64,000 nucleotides of DNA from an uncultured Bacteroidales bacterium (GTDB lineage Bacteria; Bacteroidota; Bacteroidia; Bacteroidales; UBA1402), in contig CAZNQD010000008.1 in NCBI GenBank assembly GCA_964575345.1, positions 620-64,619 on the forward strand, written 5' to 3'. How positions within the stretch are numbered: position 1 is the stretch's first letter; every line of letters begins with the position of its first letter. Position numbers and translations under genes: made by a program. Shown here piece by piece: positions 8,255 to 17,545 of the stretch. The notes beneath the pieces were generated by a model that was given only the letters and a program-made list of their open reading frames with translations, did not search any database and had not been told where the DNA came from.

Positions 8255-11200
8255 CTACAAAGTCTTTTTCACTTCTATTTCTTCATAAGCTTCAATAAAA
8301 TCGCCCACCTTGATGTCGTTGTAATTGTTGATATTCAATCCACACTCATAACCCGAGGTAACTTCCTTGACATCTTCCTTGAATCGTTTTAAAGAGCCCA
8401 ATTCTCCGGTATATACAACTATACCGTCGCGAATAAGCCTGATATTGGTGCCTCGCTTGATTTTCCCTTCTTTAACCATACAGCCTGCTACTGTGCCGAC
8501 TTTGGTAATCTTAAATACTTCACGTACCTCGACTGTGGCAGTAATTTCTTCCTTGATTTCAGGAGAAAGCATACCTTCCATAGCCGACTTAATTTCTTCG
8601 ATGGCATCGTAAATAATGGAGTACAGACGTATGTCTACGCCATCGCGCTCGGCCATTCTGCGGGCAGCCATGGACGGACGTACCTGGAAACCGACAATAA
8701 TGGCATCAGAGGCAGAAGCCAGGGTGACATCCGATTCAGAAATCTGACCTACCGCCTTGTGTATCACATTCACTTGAATTTGTTCTGTGCTTAATCCTAT
8801 CAGAGAATCCGACAAAGCTTCGATAGATCCGTCCACGTCCCCTTTAACAATGAGATTCAGTTCTTTGAAATTGCCAACGGCAATACGGCGGCCTATTTCG
8901 GTCAGTGTCAGAATTTTGCTGGTACGCAATCCTTGTTCTCTCTGCAATTGCTCTCTTTTGTTGGCAATATCTCTGGCTTCCTGTTCGGAGTCGAGTACGT
9001 TGAAATTGTCGCCTGCCTGAGGAGCTCCGTTCAATCCGAGGATCAACACGGGTTCGGCGGGGCCTGCCGATTCTACTCGCTGCCCCCGTTCGTTGAACAT
9101 GGCTTTGATTCGTCCGTGATTAACACCGGCAATGACAATATCTCCGATTTTTAGGGTCCCGTTTTCAACCAAAACTGTTGCTACATAGCCACGACCCTTG
9201 TCCAGTGTAGACTCGATGATGGAACCTATGGCACGTTTTGAGGGATTGGCCTTGAGCTCTAACATTTCAGCCTCGAGCAACACTTTTTCGAGCAATTCCT
9301 TCACTTTGATGCCTTTTTTGGCTGAAATATCCTGTGACTGGTATTTTCCGCCCCATTCTTCGACCAGGTAATTCATGGCAGCCAGTTCCTGTTTGATTTT
9401 TTCGGGATCGGCTCCCTGTTTGTCTATTTTGTTGATGGCAAACACAATGGGGACACCCGCTGCAGCAGCGTGATTTATCGCCTCAACGGTTTGAGGCATG
9501 ACGCTGTCGTCGGCGGCCACTATAATAATGGCAATATCTGTTATTTTAGCTCCTCGGGCACGCATGGCCGTAAAGGCTTCGTGGCCGGGGGTATCCAGGA
9601 AGGTGATTTTCCGGCCGTCTTCCAGAGCAACATTGTACGCTCCAATGTGCTGGGTTATACCCCCGGCTTCACCGGCAATCACATTAGCGTTGCGAATGTA
9701 GTCGAGCAGAGAAGTTTTACCGTGGTCCACATGTCCCATTACTGTGATAATGGGGGGACGGGGTATCAAATCTTCTTCACTGTCTTCGTCCTCCTGAATG
9801 GCTTCCAGCAGCTCAGCACTGACGTACTCTGTTTTGAAGCCGAATTCATCGGCTACAAAATTAATGGTTTCCGCATCCAGGCGCTGATTGATCGATACCA
9901 TCTGACCTATGCTTATGCAGGTGGAGATTACGTTGACAACCGGCACATCCATCATGGTGGCCAGGTCGTTTACGGTGACAAATTCAGTTATTTTGAGTAC
10001 ACTCTTATCCCGCAATTCTTTTGCTTCTTGCTCATGCATTCTTTGTGAAGCGGCCTCCCGTTTTTCTTTGCGGTATTTTGTTCCTTTCTTGGGTTTATTG
10101 GTCAGACGGGCAAGAGTTTCTTTAATTTGTTTGGAGACATCCTCTTCGCTGACTTCTGTTTTGAGAACAGGTTTTTTGAGGCGGCTTTTGGCCTTTTCGG
10201 TCCTGGAGGCCGGAGCGTTGAATTCTCCGTTAACCCTAATCTTGACGTCCTTGATGCGGCTGCGTTTTTTCCTTTTGGAATCTGATACTTCGGTTTTCCC
10301 CTCGGTTTTAGCCTTAAGAATTTCGGCTTTTTTTCTCTCCTCGCGCAATGCCAGTTCCTGATTTTTTTTGTCTTCCTGCTCCTTGAGTTTTTCCTGTTTG
10401 GTTTTCTTTTTGGGCCTGGTGTTTTGATTCAGCGCGTCCAGATCGATGGTGGTAACCACCTTGATGTTGGATTTAATAGTTCTTTTCCCCAGGCTGAAGA
10501 TTTCGGGTTCTCCTGGTTTTTGAACAAGCTGAGCGCCTTCCAGCTCTTCGGATTTTTTGGACGGTATTGTTTCAGTAACAGGCTGTTCTTCTCTTTCTTC
10601 GGCAATTGTTTTCTTTTCTGCACGGGCAGCTTCCTCTTGCGGGGCTGTTCTGTAGGATTCTTCTTTTTCGGTCTTTTCGGCTGCGGGAGTTTCACTCACA
10701 GGAGCTTTGGCCAGAGGAACTTCTGCCACGGGAGCTTCTGCAGCAGGGGCTTCTTTTGCAGATTCGCGAACGGGAAGTTCTTCTTTTTCCACTTTTATTT
10801 CTTCGTCCACTTCAGGCTTGGTAAACGCCGGGCCTGTGGCCGTCAGAATCACTTCTTCGGTAGCTTTTGCGGGCTTTTCTTCTTTGGGAAGGATTTCCTC
10901 CTTTTTCTCCTTTTTCGGCTCTGCTGCTTTGGGCTTAGCGATAGCGTCCAGATCTATTTTGCCCAGAGTCTTGAATTGTTGCTGGTGAATGCTTACGACA
11001 GGTTCTTCGGGAGCTTCTTGTTGTCTGACAGGCTCAGGCTCTGTTTCTGTTTCTATGGCCCTGGGTTTCTCCTTTTTTGGCATTAAAAGATCCTGCCCAT
11101 CGCCAAATTCTTTTACGAGAAGCATATAGGCCTCTTCGCTGATTTTGGCATTGGGATTGTTTTCAACCTCAAATCCCTTTTTTTGTAAAAAATCCACCAG

Positions 11201-11263
11201 AGTGCTGATACCCACGTTCAGCTCTCTGGTTATTTTATTCAATCGAACACTCGACATAAGCAA
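8255..11263 (-). CDS. infB: Translation initiation factor IF-2
   Basis: G-domain motifs [20 protein letters not shown] and NKID. It has a long K/E/A/P-rich N-terminal region and follows nusA. Confidence 0.98.
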   Translation of the reverse strand: MLMSSVRLNKITRELNVGISTLVDFLQKKGFEVENNPNAKISEEAYMLLVKEFGDGQDLLMPKKEKPRAIETETEPEPVRQQEAPEEPVVSIHQQQFKTLGKIDLDAIAKPKAAEPKKEKKEEILPKEEKPAKATEEVILTATGPAFTKPEVDEEIKVEKEELPVRESAKEAPAAEAPVAEVPLAKAPVSETPAAEKTEKEESYRTAPQEEAARAEKKTIAEEREEQPVTETIPSKKSEELEGAQLVQKPGEPEIFSLGKRTIKSNIKVVTTIDLDALNQNTRPKKKTKQEKLKEQEDKKNQELALREERKKAEILKAKTEGKTEVSDSKRKKRSRIKDVKIRVNGEFNAPASRTEKAKSRLKKPVLKTEVSEEDVSKQIKETLARLTNKPKKGTKYRKEKREAASQRMHEQEAKELRDKSVLKITEFVTVNDLATMMDVPVVNVISTCISIGQMVSINQRLDAETINFVADEFGFKTEYVSAELLEAIQEDEDSEEDLIPRPPIITVMGHVDHGKTSLLDYIRNANVIAGEAGGITQHIGAYNVALEDGRKITFLDTPGHEAFTAMRARGAKITDIAIIIVAADDSVMPQTVEAINHAAAAGVPIVFAINKIDKQGADPEKIKQELAAMNYLVEEWGGKYQSQDISAKKGIKVKELLEKVLLEAEMLELKANPSKRAIGSIIESTLDKGRGYVATVLVENGTLKIGDIVIAGVNHGRIKAMFNERGQRVESAGPAEPVLILGLNGAPQAGDNFNVLDSEQEARDIANKREQLQREQGLRTSKILTLTEIGRRIAVGNFKELNLIVKGDVDGSIEALSDSLIGLSTEQIQVNVIHKAVGQISESDVTLASASDAIIVGFQVRPSMAARRMAERDGVDIRLYSIIYDAIEEIKSAMEGMLSPEIKEEITATVEVREVFKITKVGTVAGCMVKEGKIKRGTNIRLIRDGIVVYTGELGSLKRFKEDVKEVTSGYECGLNINNYNDIKVGDFIEAYEEIEVKKTL

Positions 11264-11272
11264 ATAAATTTA

Positions 11273-12556
11273 TTAATCTTCAAATTCTGCACGAAGTATA
11301 CGCAAAACTTCATCCACCGTGCTTTCCTCCAAATCGGCCTTTTCAATCAAGGTTTCTCTTGGCAGGGCCAGTACATTCCGTGCAGTATCGCAACCTATGG
11401 CTTTTAGGGCCTCTATGACCCATTCATCTATTTCGTCCTTGAATTCATCCAGGTAAATATCGTCCTCTTCCAGTTCCTGGTCGGTTTCCCTGAAAACATC
11501 AATGGTATAATTGGTCAGCATGCTGGCAAGCTTAATATTCATGCCCCCTTTGCCGATGGCCAGCGATACCTCTTCGGGTTTGAGCCAGACTTCGGCTTTT
11601 TTGTTGGCTTCGTCCAGTCTGATCGAGGATATTTTGGCAGGACTCAGAGCCCTTTGAATAAATAAGCTGGTATTGGAAGTATAGTTGATTACATCGATAT
11701 TCTCGTTGCGCAATTCGCGTACTATGCCATGAATTCTGGAACCTTTCACTCCCACGCAGGCTCCCACCGGATCAATGCGTTCGTCGTAAGACTCCACGGC
11801 AATTTTTGCCCTTTCTCCCGGGATGCGGGCTACCCTTTTGATGGTAATGAGCCCGTCATGGATTTCGGGAACCTCCAATTCAAAAAGCCTCTCCAGAAAA
11901 ACAGGAGAAGTACGAGACAAAACGATCTTGGGATCGACAGCCTTGGGATTGTTATTCTTGTTTTCAACACGCTCTATGACGGCACGAACGGTTTCTCCCT
12001 TACGATAAAAATCACTGGGTATCTGTTCGTTCTTAGGCAAAATTAGTTCATTGTTTTCATCGTCCAAAAGCAAAATTTCTTTTTTCCAGATCTGGTAGAC
12101 TTCGGCGCTTACCAATTGTCCCACCTGTTCAATGAAACGATTGTAGAGGCTTTCCTTTTGTAATTCCATGATTTTGGAAGCCAGGGTTTGCCGCAAATTC
12201 AAAATGGCACGACGTCCAAAGGCGCTGAAATAAACCTGGTCGGTAACTTCTTCACCTACTTCGTAATCGCTTTCTATTTTTCGGGCCTCCGTCAGGCTGA
12301 TTTGATTTTCGTGATCCTCCACCAGGTCATCCTCTACTATTTCGCGGTTGTGCCAGATTTCAAAGTCTCCGCTGTCGGGGTTGATAATAACATCGTAATG
12401 TTCGTCTGAGCCAAATAGTTTTGCTATGACGCCACGAAAAGATTCTACAATTACATTTATCATTGTAGAGCGGTCTATGTTTTTGGACTCTTTGAACTCC
12501 GAAAAAATTTCGACCAGATTGATTCGTTCTTCTGTTTTTGCCATTTTAGTTGACAT
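11273..12556 (-). CDS. nusA: Transcription termination/antitermination factor NusA
   Basis: S1 and KH domain sequences (GACVGVKGSRIHGIV, AIGKGGMNIKLAS). Start set at ATG 12556 (MSTKMAK...; ATG 12544 is also possible), because the ORF-track start at 12655 lies inside rimP. Confidence 0.94.
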   Translation of the reverse strand: MSTKMAKTEERINLVEIFSEFKESKNIDRSTMINVIVESFRGVIAKLFGSDEHYDVIINPDSGDFEIWHNREIVEDDLVEDHENQISLTEARKIESDYEVGEEVTDQVYFSAFGRRAILNLRQTLASKIMELQKESLYNRFIEQVGQLVSAEVYQIWKKEILLLDDENNELILPKNEQIPSDFYRKGETVRAVIERVENKNNNPKAVDPKIVLSRTSPVFLERLFELEVPEIHDGLITIKRVARIPGERAKIAVESYDERIDPVGACVGVKGSRIHGIVRELRNENIDVINYTSNTSLFIQRALSPAKISSIRLDEANKKAEVWLKPEEVSLAIGKGGMNIKLASMLTNYTIDVFRETDQELEEDDIYLDEFKDEIDEWVIEALKAIGCDTARNVLALPRETLIEKADLEESTVDEVLRILRAEFED

Positions 12557-12590
12557 TGTGTTGAAATATCTATTAATTCTCTCGTATTTG

Positions 12591-13058
12591 TCAGAATTGT
12601 ATTTTGGTGCAGACAGAGGCTGTTTCAGCATGCAAATAGCACTCCTGTTGCTCAATAACTTTGGGCCTTTTGGCTCCTTCGGGTTTTATTTTTCGCATAA
12701 CGCCGACACAAAATTTTTCTTCGTCACAGCTTAGTAATATACCTGAAAACTTTTGTCCGTTTTTCAGACGAACCTCAACCTCCTCGTTAAGGTGTTTTTG
12801 ATATTGCCTGAATATTTTAAAGCGCTGGCCTATACCTGCTGAAGAAACTTCCAAGGCAAAATCCTGATCCGTATTGCCCAGACGGGACTCAACATGCTTA
12901 CTCAATTCTGCGCAATCGTCAATGCTTACGTTGCCCTGAACAGATTCAATTTCGATGGCAATACTAAAATCAGGGCTGATGTTGAGGTCAACCAAAAAAA
13001 AGGGCTTGTTATTAATCCACTCTTCAATGTACTGATTGATAAGTTCTTTACTAATCAT
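12591..13058 (-). CDS. rimP: Ribosome maturation factor RimP
   Basis: 155 aa immediately upstream of nusA in the conserved rimP-nusA-infB order, with a RimP-like N-terminus. Confidence 0.9.
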   Translation of the reverse strand: MISKELINQYIEEWINNKPFFLVDLNISPDFSIAIEIESVQGNVSIDDCAELSKHVESRLGNTDQDFALEVSSAGIGQRFKIFRQYQKHLNEEVEVRLKNGQKFSGILLSCDEEKFCVGVMRKIKPEGAKRPKVIEQQECYLHAETASVCTKIQF

Positions 13059-13073
13059 CCTTTTATGTTAAGT

Positions 13074-13102
13074 AAAAAATGAGGGGAACCTTTGTCCCCC
13101 TC
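13074..13102 (-). terminator. Terminator/attenuator-like hairpin in the rimP-nusA-infB leader
   Basis: Minus strand: GAGGGGGA-CAAAGG-TTCCCCTC (8-bp stem including one G-U pair) followed by ATTTTTT. It lies between a -7 box (13122-13129) and the rimP ATG at 13058. Confidence 0.45.
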
Positions 13103-13121
13103 GCCTGTATCCTAACGGCCG

Positions 13122-13129
13122 CAAAATTA
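13122..13129 (-). promoter_or_regulatory. Bacteroidota-type -7 box for the rimP operon
   Basis: The reverse complement reads TAATTTTG, 63 nt upstream of the rimP ATG. Confidence 0.4.
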
Positions 13130-13190
13130 CACAATATCAGGTGATTTGCAAAAAAAACGTGGATTATTTTAATCTGGAGGCTAAAAAATA

Positions 13191-13198
13191 TACTTTTG
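13191..13198 (+). promoter_or_regulatory. Bacteroidota-type -7 box
   Basis: TACTTTTG, 25 nt upstream of the OmpA-like gene ATG at 13224. Confidence 0.45.
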
Positions 13199-13223
13199 CG
13201 CGGATTCTGATCCGGAATTTTTT

Positions 13224-13880
13224 ATGAAAAGCGTTTTATACCCCCTTTTGATACTTTGGAGTTGTCTCGTATTTTTTAGCAGCTGCTCCACCGTTTCGAA
13301 TATTGTAAAAAAGGAACTTGCAGAAAAGAATTCCGAAGACATTCTCCGTAACACCGCTGCCGAATACATTGTAAATTCCGGCATCGAAGGAGAAGCCGGC
13401 CGATGGATTGCCTCCCAAATGGAGATCCTGAAAATCATGTTAAGCGAGCAAATGGGCGATTCTGTGATGATTCGCCAACCCGAGGAAGGCCTTTTGCTGG
13501 TTTTTGACTCCGACCGGCTTTTCAAACAAGGGCTTGAGTATCTAAATGATTCTTCCACCGAAACCTTGCACGTACTTGCAACATCCCTGCAACGTTTTCC
13601 AAACACCAGATTGTATATTTTGGTCCATACCGACAACAGCAGTTCAGAATTCATAGCACTTTCCTTATCGGACAAAAGAGCCAAAAACATAAAAAAAATT
13701 CTGGCATCAAAGGGCATGAAACGCAGTCATATCGTAGCCGAAGGAAGGGGCTTTACGGTGCCTGTTATTTCGAACGAAAGCCCCGAGGGCCGAAAACTCA
13801 ATCGCAGGGTAGAGATGGCTGTAACGGCTAATCATAAAATGATTCGCCAAGCCATAAAAAGCACTAAAACAAAAAGATAA
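13224..13880 (+). CDS. OmpA-family lipoprotein
   Basis: Signal peptide with a lipobox-like VFFSSC. C-terminal OmpA-like peptidoglycan-binding domain (VHTDNSSS...LSLSDKRAKNIKKILASKG...EGRKLNRRVEMAV). Confidence 0.85.
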   Translation: MKSVLYPLLILWSCLVFFSSCSTVSNIVKKELAEKNSEDILRNTAAEYIVNSGIEGEAGRWIASQMEILKIMLSEQMGDSVMIRQPEEGLLLVFDSDRLFKQGLEYLNDSSTETLHVLATSLQRFPNTRLYILVHTDNSSSEFIALSLSDKRAKNIKKILASKGMKRSHIVAEGRGFTVPVISNESPEGRKLNRRVEMAVTANHKMIRQAIKSTKTKR

Positions 13881-13895
13881 TTCAGTCAAATTGCT

Positions 13896-13903
13896 TACCT
13901 TTG
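13896..13903 (+). promoter_or_regulatory. Bacteroidota-type -7 box
   Basis: TACCTTTG, 26 nt upstream of the gpmI ATG at 13930. Confidence 0.45.
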
Positions 13904-13929
13904 CGCCCAAAATTCTTAGATAATTAGTT

Positions 13930-15456
13930 ATGAGCAAAAAAGCAATGCTGATGATTCTCGACGGTTGGGGCATTGGCAATCATGGGAAAGAAGACGTCAT
14001 ATACAACACCCCCACCCCTTACTGGAACTATCTGATAAAAAACTACCCAAACTCACAACTTCAGGCATCAGGCGAAAACGTGGGCTTACCCGACGGCCAA
14101 ATGGGAAATTCCGAAGTGGGTCACCTCAACATAGGAGCCGGCAGAGTGGTTTACCAGGATTTGGTAAAAATCAATATTTCCTGCCGCGACAACAGTATTC
14201 TCGAAAATCCCGGCATCAAGGCTGCTTACAGCTACGCAAAACAATCGGGCAGGCAAATCCATTTTTTGGGCCTGGTTTCCGACGGCGGAGTACACAGCTC
14301 GCTGGACCACCTTTTTAAGCTGATTGAAATCTCCAAACTTTACGGCATAAAAAAATCCTTTGTTCACTGCTTTACGGACGGCCGCGACACCGACCCAAGG
14401 AGCGGCAAGTCATTCATAGCAAGCCTGCAAAAGCACCTTGATCAAAACACAGGGGCCATAGCCTCTATTGTTGGCCGTTACTATGCCATGGACAGGGACA
14501 AACGCTGGGAACGCATCAAAGAGGCCTATGAGTTGTTGGTAAAGGGCAAAGGAGTAAAAGCACAAGATATGGTTCAGGCTGTTCAGGACTCCTACGATCA
14601 GGGAGTTACCGATGAATTCATAAAACCCATCGTTCATACAGATTCTCAGGGCCAGCCCCTGGCAACTATTCAGGACGGCGATGTAGTACTCTTTTTCAAT
14701 TTTCGCAACGACAGAGCCAAAGAGCTCACCATAGTGCTGACACAGGAAGACATGCCACAATACGGCATGCAGACACTCTGCCTGGAATATTACACCATGA
14801 CCCCATACGATGCCACCTTTAAAGGCTTAAACATCCTTTTTGACAAAGACAACGTCAGTAATACCCTGGGGGAAATTGTGGCAAAAGCCGGCAAAAAACA
14901 ATTGCGGATAGCTGAAACCGAAAAGTACGCTCACGTGACCTTCTTCTTCTCGGGTGGTCGCGAAAAAGAATTCGAAAACGAAGACCGTATACTGATTCCC
15001 TCGCCCAAAGTGGCCACTTACGACCTAAAGCCCGAAATGAGCGTTAACGAGGTGGGCGACGCGCTGAAGCAAGCCATAGAAACCGAAAAATACGATCTGA
15101 TTGTCGTGAACTACGCCAATGGAGACATGGTCGGCCATACAGGTGTCTATTCTGCCATTCAGGCCGCTGTCAAAGCCGTGGACGCCAATGTTGAAAAAGT
15201 AGTTGAAGCAGCCAAAGGCAAAGGCTACGAAGTAATCATCATAGCCGATCACGGCAATGCCGACAATGCATTGAATCCCGACAATTCGCCCAATACAGCC
15301 CATTCTCTGAACCCTGTTCCATTTGTGTTCGTAAGCCGGAATACTTCGGCCAAAGTCGATAAGGGCATACTGGCCGATGTGGCACCCTCGCTCTGTCGGC
15401 TTCTGGGCATAAACCAGCCTGCGGAAATGACCGGACGCTGTCTTATACACGACTAA
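13930..15456 (+). CDS. gpmI: 2,3-bisphosphoglycerate-independent phosphoglycerate mutase
   Basis: MILDGWG and [13 protein letters not shown] motifs, plus C-terminal ADHGNAD. Confidence 0.97.
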   Translation: MSKKAMLMILDGWGIGNHGKEDVIYNTPTPYWNYLIKNYPNSQLQASGENVGLPDGQMGNSEVGHLNIGAGRVVYQDLVKINISCRDNSILENPGIKAAYSYAKQSGRQIHFLGLVSDGGVHSSLDHLFKLIEISKLYGIKKSFVHCFTDGRDTDPRSGKSFIASLQKHLDQNTGAIASIVGRYYAMDRDKRWERIKEAYELLVKGKGVKAQDMVQAVQDSYDQGVTDEFIKPIVHTDSQGQPLATIQDGDVVLFFNFRNDRAKELTIVLTQEDMPQYGMQTLCLEYYTMTPYDATFKGLNILFDKDNVSNTLGEIVAKAGKKQLRIAETEKYAHVTFFFSGGREKEFENEDRILIPSPKVATYDLKPEMSVNEVGDALKQAIETEKYDLIVVNYANGDMVGHTGVYSAIQAAVKAVDANVEKVVEAAKGKGYEVIIIADHGNADNALNPDNSPNTAHSLNPVPFVFVSRNTSAKVDKGILADVAPSLCRLLGINQPAEMTGRCLIHD

Positions 15457-15465
15457 TCACTGAGC

Positions 15466-16053
15466 ATGCTGCAGATTGATGAGACCATCATCAGCCTTGA
15501 AATAATTGATCAAACGTTTTGCTGCGACTTGAACAAATGCAGAGGCAGGTGTTGTGTAGAAGGGGAGTCGGGTGCTCCGCTGGAAGAAGATGAAATTGCC
15601 GAGCTGGAAAAGGCTTTGCCTGTAGTATGGGACGAACTCTCGCCCCTGGCCCGTCAGCTCATTGGCCAACAAGGTGTTTATTACAGGGATGCTTCGGGCG
15701 AAACCGTTACTTCTATCATCAACGGTAAGGATTGTGTTTTTACCTGTTACGATGAAAAGGGCATTTGTTGTTGCGCTCTTGAAAAGGCCTGGAGACAAGG
15801 TAAAAGCTCATTTATCAAACCCATCTCCTGCCACCTCTATCCCATAAGACTGTCTAAATTAGCTTCCGGGGGCATTGCGCTCAATTATCAACAATGGCAT
15901 GTCTGTGTTTCTGCCCCGGTCAAAGGGAAAGCTTTAGGCTTGCCTATTTACCGGTTTCTCAAAGAGCCCCTGATCCGAAAATTCGGACAAGATTGGTACG
16001 ATCAGCTCTGCGAGGCTGCCCGGATGCTCAAAGATTATCCCCGGGCTGTTTAA
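15466..16053 (+). CDS. DUF3109-family Cys-rich protein
   Basis: 195 aa with an N-terminal Cys cluster (FCCDLNKCRGRCCVEGESGAPL) and later CCCALE / CHLYP motifs, as I recall for DUF3109. It starts 10 nt after gpmI. Confidence 0.7.
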   Translation: MLQIDETIISLEIIDQTFCCDLNKCRGRCCVEGESGAPLEEDEIAELEKALPVVWDELSPLARQLIGQQGVYYRDASGETVTSIINGKDCVFTCYDEKGICCCALEKAWRQGKSSFIKPISCHLYPIRLSKLASGGIALNYQQWHVCVSAPVKGKALGLPIYRFLKEPLIRKFGQDWYDQLCEAARMLKDYPRAV

Positions 16054-16077
16054 TCAATAACTCTGATTGTTTTTTGG

Positions 16078-16518
16078 TTATTGTTTTGATTCTTTTTCCG
16101 AACCTTGTTCTGATCTTTGTTCTGATTTTGAACCTTGCCTGTTTGTGCTCAAATTCTTTTTATCCAGTGTTTTAAACGATAAAATATGGATACTGACACC
16201 CAGTGCAATCAGGAGCAATACTATTCTCAGCCAATGAATTTCCAAAACAAAAAGAACAGAAATCAGGATGGTTATCCACAACAAACTGACAGAGAATATT
16301 TTAGTCTTAAGGGGTATCGCCTTGTACTTCCTGTAATTTTCGATATACGGCCCCAAACGAGGATGTTGCATCAGCCAGCGATAATAACGCCCGGAACCTT
16401 TGTAGAAAAGGGCCGCGCTCAGCAACAAAAAAGGCGTAGTGGGCAGGACGGGCAAAAAAATACCCAGTATCGCCAACACCAAAAATAAAGCTCCCAGCAA
16501 GTTATAGACTACTTTCAT
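16078..16518 (-). CDS. ybaN: DUF454/YbaN-family inner membrane protein
   Basis: LGIFLPVLPTTPFLLLSAALFYKGSGRYYRWL is characteristic of YbaN. Start set at ATG 16518 (MKVVYN...), because the ORF-track GTG at 16539 overlaps the putative -7 box. Confidence 0.8.
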   Translation of the reverse strand: MKVVYNLLGALFLVLAILGIFLPVLPTTPFLLLSAALFYKGSGRYYRWLMQHPRLGPYIENYRKYKAIPLKTKIFSVSLLWITILISVLFVLEIHWLRIVLLLIALGVSIHILSFKTLDKKNLSTNRQGSKSEQRSEQGSEKESKQ

Positions 16519-16538
16519 TCTTTTCCGGAATAGGAGCA

Positions 16539-16546
16539 CAAAAGTA
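16539..16546 (-). promoter_or_regulatory. Bacteroidota-type -7 box
   Basis: The reverse complement reads TACTTTTG, 20 nt upstream of the ybaN ATG at 16518. Confidence 0.45.
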
Positions 16547-16586
16547 GTTTTTTATGCCGGGTCTTTAAAATTCTGGCAGAATCCTT

Positions 16587-16594
16587 TATATTTG
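16587..16594 (+). promoter_or_regulatory. Bacteroidota-type -7 box
   Basis: TATATTTG, 24 nt upstream of the esterase ATG at 16619. Confidence 0.45.
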
Positions 16595-16618
16595 TTCTAA
16601 TCTTAACTCAATTGAATC

Positions 16619-17545
16619 ATGAAAAAACAACTGCTGGTATTGTATTTTTTGCTGGGGACAGCTTTGGCTGCCTTCGCACAAGAAAGGATCGACCTGCCCT
16701 TATGGCCGGACGGAGTTCCCGAAAGTAACGGCATTAGCGCCGAAGAAATAAGCGAAAACAATTATTTCTCCAACGTTAGTGTTCCTGCTATGTCGGTTTT
16801 CAAAGCTAATACCGACAAAAACACAGGTGTAGCCCTGATTATTTGCCCGGGAGGAGCCTATGCCCGACAGGCTGCCGGACACGAAGGCTTTCAGCTGACC
16901 GGCTGGCTCAACGACAACGGCATTACCGCCATAGTCCTGAAATATCGTTTGCCCAACGGGCACGATTTCATACCATCAAAAGATGCCCTGCAGGCTATCA
17001 GAATAGTACGAAGCAAGGCCGAAGAATGGGGAATCGATCCTTCCAAAATAGGTATTTCCGGCTTTTCGGCTGGCGGCCATCTGGCTTCGACCGCAGGCAC
17101 TCATTTTGATTACGGTAATCCTGAAGCCGAAGATCCTATAGCCCGTCAAAGCAGCAGGCCCGATTACATGATCCTCTTTTACCCGGTTATTTCCATGAAA
17201 GAGGGCATCACACACGCAGGCTCTAAAAATAACCTATTAGGCAACAGCCCTACGGAAGAAAAAATTCTGGAGTATTCCAACGAGCTCAAGGTAAGCGCTG
17301 AAACTCCACCAACTTTGCTGCTGCTCAGCGACGACGACAAAGGAGTGATACCGCAAAACAGCCTGGATTTTTATGCAGCACTCAAAGACCATAAAGTTCC
17401 TGCGGCTATGTATATTTTCCCCGAAGGGGGCCACGGCTGGGGCTACAAGGAAAGCTTCCGCTATCATCATGTCTGGCGCATCCTGATGATAGAATGGATG
17501 ATGCAGCAAAAGATTCTGCCCGACATGGTCAGGCCACAAAATTAA
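16619..17545 (+). CDS. Secreted alpha/beta hydrolase (esterase)
   Basis: Signal peptide, an oxyanion-type CPGGAY motif, the nucleophile elbow GFSAGGHLA, and a C-terminal His region (EGGHGW). Confidence 0.85.
   Translation: MKKQLLVLYFLLGTALAAFAQERIDLPLWPDGVPESNGISAEEISENNYFSNVSVPAMSVFKANTDKNTGVALIICPGGAYARQAAGHEGFQLTGWLNDNGITAIVLKYRLPNGHDFIPSKDALQAIRIVRSKAEEWGIDPSKIGISGFSAGGHLASTAGTHFDYGNPEAEDPIARQSSRPDYMILFYPVISMKEGITHAGSKNNLLGNSPTEEKILEYSNELKVSAETPPTLLLLSDDDKGVIPQNSLDFYAALKDHKVPAAMYIFPEGGHGWGYKESFRYHHVWRILMIEWMMQQKILPDMVRPQN

Noticed and set aside
10424-11086. A 220-aa F/C/L-rich plus-strand ORF, and other ORFs at 9470-10361, antisense to infB.
   Set aside because: These are mirror-image artefacts of the K/E-rich low-complexity N-terminal region of IF-2. 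The composition is not protein-like.
10000-11100. The low-complexity K/E/A/P-rich N-terminal third of IF-2, including short [15 protein letters not shown]-type repeats.
   Set aside because: A variable, low-complexity N-terminal region is a normal feature of bacterial IF-2, so this is not an anomaly.
13181-13717. A 178-aa minus-strand ORF overlapping the OmpA-like gene.
   Set aside because: It lies entirely antisense to a CDS that has a clear signal peptide and OmpA domain. Its product has no recognisable features and odd composition.
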